DNA of 41,146 nucleotides from a virus. Its lineage: Duplodnaviria > Caudoviricetes. The DNA lies in IMG/VR virus record IMGVR_UViG_3300037589_000052, positions 1-41,146 of that record; one strand, written 5' to 3'. A program made the position numbers and the translations under genes. Shown here piece by piece: positions 1 to 8,016 of the stretch (the stretch's first letter is position 1; each line of letters starts with the position of its first letter). The notes below the pieces were generated by a model that had not been told where the DNA came from, made no database searches, and was given only the letters and a program-made list of their open reading frames with translations.

Positions 1-102
1 TCCCACCGCTTCCGGGTGATTTTGCTGAATGGGGAGAAATACTCGGATCATCCCCTCACCTTAAACCCTGCCTTCACGGACTGGATGATGGGGTGGCCTT
101 CG
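1..102. repeat. Terminal overlap identical to 41045-41146 (circular contig closure)
   Basis: Exact 102-bp identity between the first and last bases. It falls inside a reading frame that continues across the join, so it is an assembly overlap. Confidence 0.95.
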
Positions 103-191
103 GGCTGGACCGATCCGCTGCAGCCGGTAACGGAGTGGTGCCAGTGGCTGCAGCACGCGCGTACCTTGATCTGAAAAAGGCCATGGCTTGA
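3..191 (+). CDS. C-terminal part of the C5 DNA methyltransferase main (alpha) frame, continuing from 40321 across the origin
   Basis: Reads ...GVAFGLDRSAAAGNGVVPVAAARAYLDLKKAMA*. GNGVVP is a motif X-like sequence; TGA at 189-191. Confidence 0.85.
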   Translation, partial: PPLPGDFAEWGEILGSSPHLKPCLHGLDDGVAFGLDRSAAAGNGVVPVAAARAYLDLKKAMA

Positions 192-253
192 AGCAGCACT
201 TTGAGGGGCTTAAACGCCCCTTCAATCCCGCCTCAACCCAAAATCTCGTTGCT

Positions 254-321
254 GTAAAAAAGTCTGTAAATCACTGCAAAAAAGTCCGTCACGCTACAGC
301 AAAAAAGTCCGTCACGCTACA
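254..321 (-). mobile_element. Right end of Mu-like genome with three tandem putative transposase-binding sites
   Basis: Perfect 23-bp tandem GCAAAAAAGTCCGTCACGCTACA at 276-298 and 299-321, plus a degenerate copy GTAAAAAAGTCTGTAAATCACT at 254-275. Ends in CA, as Mu ends do. Confidence 0.85.
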
Positions 322-326
322 AACAG

Positions 327-355
327 TGTGAGTTGAAAGACTTATTTACAGTGAT
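327..355 (+). mobile_element. Left end of Mu-like genome (terminal TG, first transposase-binding site)
   Basis: TGTGAGTTGAAAGACTTATTTACAGTGAT aligns with the reverse complement of 270-298, TGTAGCGTGACGGACTTTTTTGCAGTGAT. Confidence 0.8.
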
Positions 356-1120
356 GCCGGAAGATATCCGCAGTGGTCGGAAGACTTCGGAATGACGACA
401 AAACAATGACTTAGCGGTCGGATCGTCACATAAGGGCCTTTATGTTCAATTTTGCAGTAAAGGCTGAAAACTCGCCTCTCACGGGTTCTGAGACGTCAAG
501 CAGCGCCTTGGCGCCTTGGCAACAGCGCACTCGATAAAACCCGTTTAAATAAGGCTTAAACGCCCAGCATCAGGGCGTCGAAACCAGAGAAACGGTAGTT
601 GTCAGGACATAAGGAACTGGGACCACACTCGCCCAGTTTCGATATGAGGTCCCAGAACCGAATTATTTACTGCATGGCAAAGGCTTAGCGCACCTATACC
701 CCCAAAGAGAGTGTCTTATTCTGGGACCCAGTTTGGGCAATGCACCGCCTTCAGCCCCTGAATATTCCTCAACACAGAGTGAATGTCTGGTATGCGCAGA
801 TAGCGACCTTTGCAAAGTTTGGCTAGGTTCCCAACAGCGGACCTCCGTGCAGCGTGCCGCGCAAGCTGGGTGAGAGGCCATAGGCTACCTGAAGCGTAGT
901 TCTCATATTCCTTTCGCTGGCAATGAACCGATCTTGTGTTTTCGGTGGTTAAACAAGCAAGCATTCGTGAACTAATTTCAGTTTTAACCAGTCCTCAGCG
1001 CAACGACGCAGGGCCACCTAATTGCGGTCAAGTGTACTTGCGCCTTCTGAATTGATGCTGTTTTGTATCGGAGTCGCCTGACAATTAGAGAAAGCAGTAC
1101 AGGATCGGGGTAAAACGTTT

Positions 1121-1720
1121 TCAGGACTTGATCTGCGCTTCCAACTCGGCAATGCGCGCATGCAGCTTATCAAGGCTCGGGCGAATTTCTTCGATGGTAT
1201 ACCGTTCAGTGATGTGCTGAGGGCAGTTCCAGTCGTAGCCTGCCACCTCAATCAGCATCGCCCTTTCTGGATGGACGCGGCGCGCCCCGTCCGGCAAGGT
1301 CAGTCCAGCCGCTTGCCCTTCTTCTACGGAAACCACGCGCGCGTGGCCAAGCATCTTCAACCGCGCCCGATTGGGGTAATCCATCAGGAAGAGCGACACG
1401 CGGTCCGAGCCCACAAGATTGCCGGAGCTGATGTACTGCCGGTTCCCACGGTAATCAAGAAAACCAAGTGTCGCCGGCCCAAGCACCTGAAGAAAGCCAG
1501 GCTGCCCGCCGCGGTGCTGGATGTAAGGCCAGCCGGTCTCCGACACGGTGGCGATGTAAAAGCTGTCCCGTGCGCGGATGAAAGAAGCCTCGTTCTCTGT
1601 AAGCGTCTGAGGCTGTTCGGTCTGAGCTGCCATACTGGCATAGGCCTTGCGGCTGCCTTTCTCCTCCTGCAACGCTTTTACGGCGGGCGTAAAGGCAAGA
1701 TCGGCGTATAGGTTTCTCAT
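1121..1720 (-). CDS. Pyridoxamine 5'-phosphate oxidase-like FMN-binding protein
   Basis: Start MRNLYADLAFTPAVK with GGAGA RBS. Motifs DSFYIATVSETGWPYIQHRGG, DYRGNRQYIS and DWNCPQHI are typical of the family. Confidence 0.85.
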   Translation of the reverse strand: MRNLYADLAFTPAVKALQEEKGSRKAYASMAAQTEQPQTLTENEASFIRARDSFYIATVSETGWPYIQHRGGQPGFLQVLGPATLGFLDYRGNRQYISSGNLVGSDRVSLFLMDYPNRARLKMLGHARVVSVEEGQAAGLTLPDGARRVHPERAMLIEVAGYDWNCPQHITERYTIEEIRPSLDKLHARIAELEAQIKS

Positions 1721-1772
1721 TGTTCTGTCTCCGAAAGTGGCCGGCGCTGGCGCGCGCCGGCGGTGCGTGCGA

Positions 1773-2792
1773 TTACCAGCGCCAAGGCACTTCAACGAAC
1801 TCGAAGGTATCGCCCGCGCGGCGTATCTTACCCAGCGAGGGGAACGCGGCATGATAGCCCATCCATGTAATGCCATCGCTTGCAGCCCGATCAAGCAGCT
1901 TGATCCTCGTCTCTACCAGGCTCGGTCCGTCATACTCAAAGGCAGAGACCCAGCCCGGTGCAATGCTGTTTTGCTTCACAAGCAGCGTCGTATCCGAGGC
2001 GTAAAGCAACTGCTCGCCCCCGGATTCGATCAGCACGACAATGGAGCCTGGCGTATGACCTGGGGCAGGCAACAACAGGATGCCCGGTGCCACCTCACGC
2101 TCGACGCTCACATCTAACTGCTCCACATTCGGAGCCGCGACCGGCAACACTGCCTGCGTCGTACTGATGAAAAGGTCTTTGAAAGCCTCCGGCTGCGCGG
2201 AGGCTCGCACATCAGCCACCGCCTGATCAGACGTCCAGTAAGCCCATTCAGCGGCGTTCCAGATAATTTGAGCGTTGGGGAAGCGCAGCTTCAGGTTCGG
2301 GTCAACAAGGCCCGCAAAATGATCTGCATGGCCGTGCGTAATGATTACAGTGTCGATGTCACCCGGAGATACACCTGCATTGGCCAGCGCTAGTGCATGC
2401 CGCCCGAAACTTGATCCGAGGAAATGGCCAAAGCCGGCGTCGATGAGGATTTTGCGGTCACCTTCCTCGACGAGCAGCGCGTTCATGGCAAAGTCGATAT
2501 TGTCTTCGGGCTGCAGCAGTTGCGCCTGCACTTCGGCGAACTCCTCCGGCGTGGCATTTATGGCAAAAAGGTTCTGGCCAGGGAAAAATCCGTTGCCGTC
2601 CGCCAGCACCGTGATCGTCTTGGATCCCATTGTGTATCGGTAAAAGCCGGCGCCATTCATGGCCGGAGCAGGCGTCGCAGCCGTTTGGGCAAGAGCTACA
2701 GGTGCGGTCAAGCTAACGGCCGCAGTGGCCGCAGCTCCAGCCCCCAGCGTTCTGAAAAATGCGCGGCGGCCCACGGAGGATGTCTGTGTCAT
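1773..2792 (-). CDS. Tat-exported metallo-beta-lactamase-fold hydrolase (methyl-parathion-hydrolase/lactonase-like)
   Basis: Twin-arginine GRRAFF plus Ala-rich signal; LIDAG, THGHADH, PGHTPG and C-terminal YH metal motifs. Confidence 0.88.
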   Translation of the reverse strand: MTQTSSVGRRAFFRTLGAGAAATAAVSLTAPVALAQTAATPAPAMNGAGFYRYTMGSKTITVLADGNGFFPGQNLFAINATPEEFAEVQAQLLQPEDNIDFAMNALLVEEGDRKILIDAGFGHFLGSSFGRHALALANAGVSPGDIDTVIITHGHADHFAGLVDPNLKLRFPNAQIIWNAAEWAYWTSDQAVADVRASAQPEAFKDLFISTTQAVLPVAAPNVEQLDVSVEREVAPGILLLPAPGHTPGSIVVLIESGGEQLLYASDTTLLVKQNSIAPGWVSAFEYDGPSLVETRIKLLDRAASDGITWMGYHAAFPSLGKIRRAGDTFEFVEVPWRW

Positions 2793-2855
2793 GGTTGGAA
2801 CCTTTCGTCTTGAGAGGATTGCAGTGTCATGACGCAAAGGTACGTAGGGCTACAT

Positions 2856-2893
2856 ATGTTCACAATCTGCAGATCTGGAGAAACACTGAGAAC
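2856..2893. promoter_or_regulatory. Putative LysR-controlled promoter region upstream of the hydrolase
   Basis: ATGTTC...GAACAT dyad. It shares GTTCACAA with the palindrome GTTCACAAATGAAC (3830-3843) upstream of the LysR gene. Confidence 0.35.
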
Positions 2894-2938
2894 ATTTTGT
2901 AGATAGTCGAATTGATCATCGTCGTTGGATCATCTTGA

Positions 2939-3826
2939 TCAAAACTGCTCAGACAGGTGGTCTATCAATGCCCGGATGCGCGCGGTGAGATGACGGCTGG
3001 GCGGATAGACGACATAGAGCGCCAGCGGGTCGATCTCCTGCATCTCGAAAAGCGCGCGCAGGCTGCCGTTCTCAAGATAAGGGCGCACCATATAGGCGGG
3101 GAGCCGGCAGATGCCCATTCCATCGACCGCCATGCGCACCACGGCAGGTAGAGAATTGCTTCGAAAACTGCCCGATACATTTACGCCCAGTATGCCCTGC
3201 GGCCCCTTGAACCGCCAGGTGTCCGGCTGCGCACCGAGCGTCAGCAAAAGGCAATTATGACCCGTCAGCGCTTCTGGGGTCTCGGGCGTGCCGTGCGCAT
3301 CCAGATAGCCCGGGCTTGCACAACAAGTCACAGGCATTTCGGTCAGCTTGCGCGCTACGAGTGATGAATCGCTCAGACTGCCGAACCGGATGGCTAGATC
3401 AAAGCCTTCTTCCACAAGCGAGACATTGTGGTCCGACAGGAGCAACTCCACCTGAACATCAGGATTGGACTGTTGAAACGGACGCAGCATTTGGGTGAGG
3501 TGCATAGTGCCAAAGCCAGTGGAAGCGGCAATCCGGATACGACCCGCCAGTGCGCCTTGACGGCGTTGCACCAAGCCTTCTAATTCGTCAAACTGCTCGA
3601 TCAGCGGAAGGCAACGGGAGTAATACGCCTGCCCTGTCTCCGTGAGGGTCACGCTGCGCGTAGTGCGGTGGAACAACTGCGCACCTAATCGCGCCTCTAA
3701 CTGGCCGACGTATTTGCTTGCCAGTTTCGTGCTGATGCCTACCTGTTTTGCACCTTCAGTGAATGATCGGTGCGCTGCCACAGCGGCAAACGTCCGCATC
3801 CCTTCAATCGTATCTATTTTCGACAC
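2939..3826 (-). CDS. LysR-family transcriptional regulator (CrgA/DmlR-like); start uncertain
   Basis: N-terminal HTH (SFTEGAKQVGISTKLASKYVGQLEARLGAQLFHRTTRSVTLTETG) and substrate domain (LVEEGFDLAIR). Confidence 0.9.
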   Translation of the reverse strand: MSKIDTIEGMRTFAAVAAHRSFTEGAKQVGISTKLASKYVGQLEARLGAQLFHRTTRSVTLTETGQAYYSRCLPLIEQFDELEGLVQRRQGALAGRIRIAASTGFGTMHLTQMLRPFQQSNPDVQVELLLSDHNVSLVEEGFDLAIRFGSLSDSSLVARKLTEMPVTCCASPGYLDAHGTPETPEALTGHNCLLLTLGAQPDTWRFKGPQGILGVNVSGSFRSNSLPAVVRMAVDGMGICRLPAYMVRPYLENGSLRALFEMQEIDPLALYVVYPPSRHLTARIRALIDHLSEQF

Positions 3827-4284
3827 TCCGTTCACAAATGAACATTTTTTTCGAAGATTATCGCCCTTTTCCTCGCCTGTCATCCCGCTTGCTTCGCAGC
3901 AGCATTCAACCCGCTCAAACTATTGGCACCGAGTTTGAAGTGAAGTGCTGGATCTGTAGTTCTCGTGAAGGCTTATGGCCCAAACACCAGATTCGAAGAG
4001 TTTTGCGATTGTAGCTTAGTCACTCCTGACAAACCGAAGTGCATCAGCCATGTGTTCAGTCCAATGAACGGTTTGTCCGCATCTTACCGCTTCGTGACGC
4101 TCGCGACGAAGGTCAGCTATCGCGAATACGCGTATAGGGCTGCAGGTCCGCTCTGGGCTGACAGCTGCCATTGGGCGAAGGCCACAGCAAGTACCCAATG
4201 CCATCTTAAAACAAAGTAGCAGATGCGGCCTCATCGGAGGATCGAGACTGGGGCCTATCGAAGCTCGCTGAACTTGCCCCGCCC

Positions 4285-6282
4285 TTACGACGCGAGAGTG
4301 CGCTCAAGCTGCTGACCACGCGGAACTGTTATTGAAAATGTACACCCCTCACCTGGAGGCGACGAAAGTGAAACACTTCCCCCCCAGCCCTCAACCGTCT
4401 TCTGAACAAAGGCGAGGCCCAGACCACTTCCTGAGACCGAAGAAGACAGTCGTTTGAAGGGCTCAAATACAGTATCTTGATATTTCTCAGGGATACCGAC
4501 ACCGTCATCCGTCACGTGAATTTGGACATTCCCAAGGTCCTCCGTCGCAGAAATCACAACGCTTCCAGCGCTCTTGCCATGGTGTTTCAATGCGTTGCTG
4601 ATCAAGTTCCTCATCACCGCTTCGAAGGCGACAGGGTCTGCAAAAACCTGGGGCATTGTCTCAGGCATTTTTATCGTGAACCCTTCAGGAGGCTTCACTA
4701 CCTTCAAAACGTTTGCGAGCCGATCACAGGGGTCAAAACTCTGGGGCCTCCCATTTTCAGTCCCAGCGGAAGCATATGTGAGCAAGTCTTCAATCAACGT
4801 CATCATTACATCCGCTTGTTGCGTCAAGAGACCCAAGTATTCCTCAACAGTCTGAGGGACCTGAATTTCGGCATCGGCGAGGTCTTCAATAATGAACTCG
4901 ACCAGCGGGGCGATTCTGGAAACCGGGCTCCTTAAATCGTGCGCTGCAATCGCGGCAAATGACTCCAACTGCGCATTGGCTAGTTTCAACTCCTCGGCCT
5001 GCTGCACGATCGTTTCCTGGAGGGCGGCTTGGGCGGTCACGTCGACTCTGATTGACGCAAAGTGTTCCGCGCCAAGTCGGAAATCCCGGGCCTCATAAAC
5101 CAAGCCATTCCTCGCCTTGACCAACCGCCGATTGTCTTGCCCTGCCTTTACAGAGGCGATCACATCCGAAACGAATTCATCAACCGACTTGTCATTCACG
5201 CCGAATTCTACCACTGCGGCTTTGTACGATACACCGATCAAGTCAGCCATCGTCGCGCCCGCGTCGACCTGGCGCACGAGACGGGGAAAGCTCTTTGCGA
5301 AACCTGCATTCCGATGCACGGCGCGCATGTCTTTGTCATAGATTACGATGGCAGCATTGAGCTCATCCAATGCGTTAACGAGCAGGTCGTTTGCCTGGTT
5401 CGCCCGGAGAGCGCGCGCCGCTTCGCGTTTATAACGAAGCACACGTATACCAAGATAGCCCGTCACCGGCGCGAAGAGCGCGAGCAGGACCGCCACGATC
5501 CAGAACGCGGGTTTCTCATAGAGGTAGGTATCCCGTCCGAACCAACTTTCCCTGAGGGGCTTGATCATGGCGGGAGATAGAGACTGATCCAAGGCTTCAT
5601 TTAAGTCAGGCAAAAGATCCGCGCGCGCCTCGGAAACCAAAATCGCATAGGGCATGGAGACGAGGCTCGGCTCCAAGGTTGTGATCTCATCAAAAACCTT
5701 CGCCTCTCGCAGCCGGGCTGTAAACGCCTCTTGCCCAGATACCACCGCGTCGATCTCACCAAGCAAAAGCGGAACGATCAAATCGTCGGTCCGCTGAAAT
5801 TCCACAATTTCAGCGAACGGGATCATCCTTGCGGCTGAGATTGAGGCGCTACCCTTAACCACCCCAATGCTCTTGCCTGCCAAGTCTTCGTTGCGGTCGA
5901 ATTCACTCGTCCTCAGAGTGAAGGCAGCCAACTCGATGCTACCAACCTCTTGCGTTGCAAGAACTTCCTCCAGCCGCTCAGGGGTCGTCACCATGAACGT
6001 ACTGAGGTCAATTCTACCCGACGACAGCAACTCCATCGTGCGAGCAGGATTGGCGGAATAGACAAATTCAGGCTGATGCCCAGCTGTTTCAAGGACACGC
6101 CGCAGAACATCAATAGAGAAGCCATCAGCCTCCCCGACAGCATTAGTAAAACTATACGGAGGGAACTCGGTGAACCCGACTCTCAGTGTCTCAGCCGATG
6201 AAGAGGATGAGACGAACCAAGATGCCGCGGCCAGAGCGCTCAAGAGACCTTTGAGACGACGGTTGCGACGGACACGAGCCAT
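4285..6282 (-). CDS. Orphan sensor histidine kinase (periplasmic amino-acid-binding-type domain, TM, PAS-like, HisKA, HATPase)
   Basis: LRVGFTEFPPYSF...GFSIDV binding-protein motif; H-box AAHDLRSP; N-box NLISNALKH; G1 DDGVGIP; F-box VFEPF; G2 GSGLGL. Confidence 0.9.
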   Translation of the reverse strand: MARVRRNRRLKGLLSALAAASWFVSSSSSAETLRVGFTEFPPYSFTNAVGEADGFSIDVLRRVLETAGHQPEFVYSANPARTMELLSSGRIDLSTFMVTTPERLEEVLATQEVGSIELAAFTLRTSEFDRNEDLAGKSIGVVKGSASISAARMIPFAEIVEFQRTDDLIVPLLLGEIDAVVSGQEAFTARLREAKVFDEITTLEPSLVSMPYAILVSEARADLLPDLNEALDQSLSPAMIKPLRESWFGRDTYLYEKPAFWIVAVLLALFAPVTGYLGIRVLRYKREAARALRANQANDLLVNALDELNAAIVIYDKDMRAVHRNAGFAKSFPRLVRQVDAGATMADLIGVSYKAAVVEFGVNDKSVDEFVSDVIASVKAGQDNRRLVKARNGLVYEARDFRLGAEHFASIRVDVTAQAALQETIVQQAEELKLANAQLESFAAIAAHDLRSPVSRIAPLVEFIIEDLADAEIQVPQTVEEYLGLLTQQADVMMTLIEDLLTYASAGTENGRPQSFDPCDRLANVLKVVKPPEGFTIKMPETMPQVFADPVAFEAVMRNLISNALKHHGKSAGSVVISATEDLGNVQIHVTDDGVGIPEKYQDTVFEPFKRLSSSVSGSGLGLAFVQKTVEGWGGSVSLSSPPGEGCTFSITVPRGQQLERTLAS

Positions 6283-6686
6283 TTCATCACCCAGAATTGA
6301 GCTTGGTTGAAACACCAATAACAGCTTCATCCCTAAGGGATTGTAAACTCTGGAGTTCAGACAGGAGCATATTTTTGTCTAGGCTACCGGGCAACACTCA
6401 TTCTCAGTTTTTCAATTACTTCCGCTCGCTCTGCGCGTCCGTCCTACTTGGCCAAGCATTGAGTTGCACAAACCAGTTCCATCAATTGACACGACTGTTA
6501 GTCCGACAGCAGGGAAACACGCACCGCGTGCAATCTGCGACTCAGAACGAACTCAAAGCCAGTTGGTTTTAGGCACTGCTCCGCCAGACTTCGCTCATAA
6601 ATTTCCGCGCGGTTCTTGCTAAGACACTACCACCTTCGAGAAGCATCATTTCAAGACGGGGAAAGGTCAGCAGCACATTGGTAGTT

Positions 6687-7352
6687 CTACCACTCGTGCA
6701 TCGAGGCAACCACACGACCGACTACGCGGACGCCGTCTGCTTCGGGTGTCGTGATCTCTATAGGCGCGTATTGGGCGTTGCGGCTCACGAGGCGAACGGT
6801 GTCGCCGGGGACGTATTGGATCCGCTTCACGAACAGGTTGCCCGAGTACTGCACCGCATAGATCTTGCCATCGGCCAGGTCGGTATTGGCCAGGTCAATC
6901 AACACCAGGTCACCATCATTGAGATCCGGCTCCATACTGTCGCCGCGCACGGATATGACCGAGAGGCTGTCCGGCTTTAGACCTCGCTTCCCCAACCATT
7001 TCCGATTGAACGCATAGGACTGCGCTGCGTCTTCGCTCGCAACCTCACTCCCGTTACCTGCGGAAGCCTCCACCTCGTAACGCGCGACCTGCACAAAATC
7101 GGCTGCAGGCAAGGTTTCAACGCCAGAGTTACTAGACGAGTCGCCAATACTAGCCTCAATTCCTAAAAGCCAGTTCGCATCCACCTGCAAAAATCGAGAA
7201 ATACTACTAAGCGCTTCGTGATCAATGCGTTGCTTGCCAATCTCTATTGCCTGCACCTTGGCCTCAGCGATGCCAACGCTCTCCCCGAAAAGCCTCCGCG
7301 ACAACCCTAACGCCTCTCGGCGCTCTCGAATTTTTTCACCAATATCAGTCAC
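6687..7352 (-). CDS. Phage repressor (XRE HTH + S24 peptidase domain)
   Basis: N-terminal HTH (IGEKIRERREALGLSRR); ASAG cleavage-site-like motif; VRGDSMEP and VKR catalytic motifs; divergent from ner. Confidence 0.92.
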   Translation of the reverse strand: MTDIGEKIRERREALGLSRRLFGESVGIAEAKVQAIEIGKQRIDHEALSSISRFLQVDANWLLGIEASIGDSSSNSGVETLPAADFVQVARYEVEASAGNGSEVASEDAAQSYAFNRKWLGKRGLKPDSLSVISVRGDSMEPDLNDGDLVLIDLANTDLADGKIYAVQYSGNLFVKRIQYVPGDTVRLVSRNAQYAPIEITTPEADGVRVVGRVVASMHEW

Positions 7353-7370
7353 TTGCGAGAACTCCGCTCA

Positions 7371-7415
7371 AATCTAGTAAATAATCATTGCTTAATTATG
7401 ATTATTTACTAGATT
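7371..7415. promoter_or_regulatory. Operator/divergent promoter: perfect 18-bp inverted repeat between repressor and ner
   Basis: AATCTAGTAAATAATCAT-N9-ATGATTATTTACTAGATT in an AT-rich intergenic region. Confidence 0.8.
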
Positions 7416-7458
7416 GGTGTTGTAAGGCCGCGACGCAAGGCGGCATCGCGAGGGAACA

Positions 7459-7755
7459 ATGCCAAAGTTTAGCAAACCATACCAGCCCGGAGCGATCCTC
7501 CATGAGGTCATCGTTGGCGCGTTTCGCGCATCCGGCACCAGTTTTGAGACATGGTGTCGAAAAAATGGCGTCCACCCCAGCACGGCTCGGACCGCCACTT
7601 ACGGCCAATCAGGAGGCACGCAGGGCCGTGCGCTCTTGAAGCGCATCATCGCCGCCGCCGGAGAGGAAATGGTCTCGACCGCCTACACCAAGCGCATGAT
7701 CGCAGAGGCATCGCATTTGTCCGAGGTCACTGACAAAGCGAAGGCCTCGAACTGA
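7459..7755 (+). CDS. Ner/Cro-like DNA-binding protein
   Basis: First early gene, divergent from the repressor; HTH-like segment GTSFETWCRKNGVHPSTAR. Confidence 0.7.
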   Translation: MPKFSKPYQPGAILHEVIVGAFRASGTSFETWCRKNGVHPSTARTATYGQSGGTQGRALLKRIIAAAGEEMVSTAYTKRMIAEASHLSEVTDKAKASN

Positions 7756-8009
7756 TGCAGCAGTTTCGCAAATCCCCACACCAAGACGCCACCACTCACA
7801 CGCTGTCCGGGGCATTTGCGACCACCGGGGCTGAGGTCCCGGTTCAGCCAGACCGCGCGAACAGCGCACGCGCACTGCGCGCGGTCTGGCCCAAATTTCG
7901 CGCGGCAGAGCGCAGATTTTCAGCCAGCATTTGGGGTGACCTGATCGGTTGCGCCTGCCTCGCCATCATTTTCGTCGGCCTGCTCTGCTTGCCGCTGATT
8001 TGGGAGTAA
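7755..8009 (+). CDS. Hypothetical protein with C-terminal transmembrane helix
   Basis: TGATG coupling to the upstream gene; hydrophobic C-terminus LIGCACLAIIFVGLLCLPLIW. Confidence 0.65.
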   Translation: MQQFRKSPHQDATTHTLSGAFATTGAEVPVQPDRANSARALRAVWPKFRAAERRFSASIWGDLIGCACLAIIFVGLLCLPLIWE

Positions 8010-8016
8010 AAATCAG

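Noticed and set aside
276-321. Tandem 23-bp repeat as a CRISPR array
   Set aside because: No spacers, only two exact units, no cas genes; it matches the transposon-end motif.
663-1251. Short ORFs near the left end
   Set aside because: No RBS or protein-like features; the region is better explained as non-coding end sequence and repeats.
1773-2792. Antibiotic-resistance beta-lactamase
   Set aside because: The fold is shared, but motif context and length fit the hydrolase/lactonase branch rather than class B beta-lactamases.
6297-6680. Alternative left end next to the repressor, or a 91-aa ORF
   Set aside because: No TG-initiated match to the end motif found by eye; the ORF lacks support.
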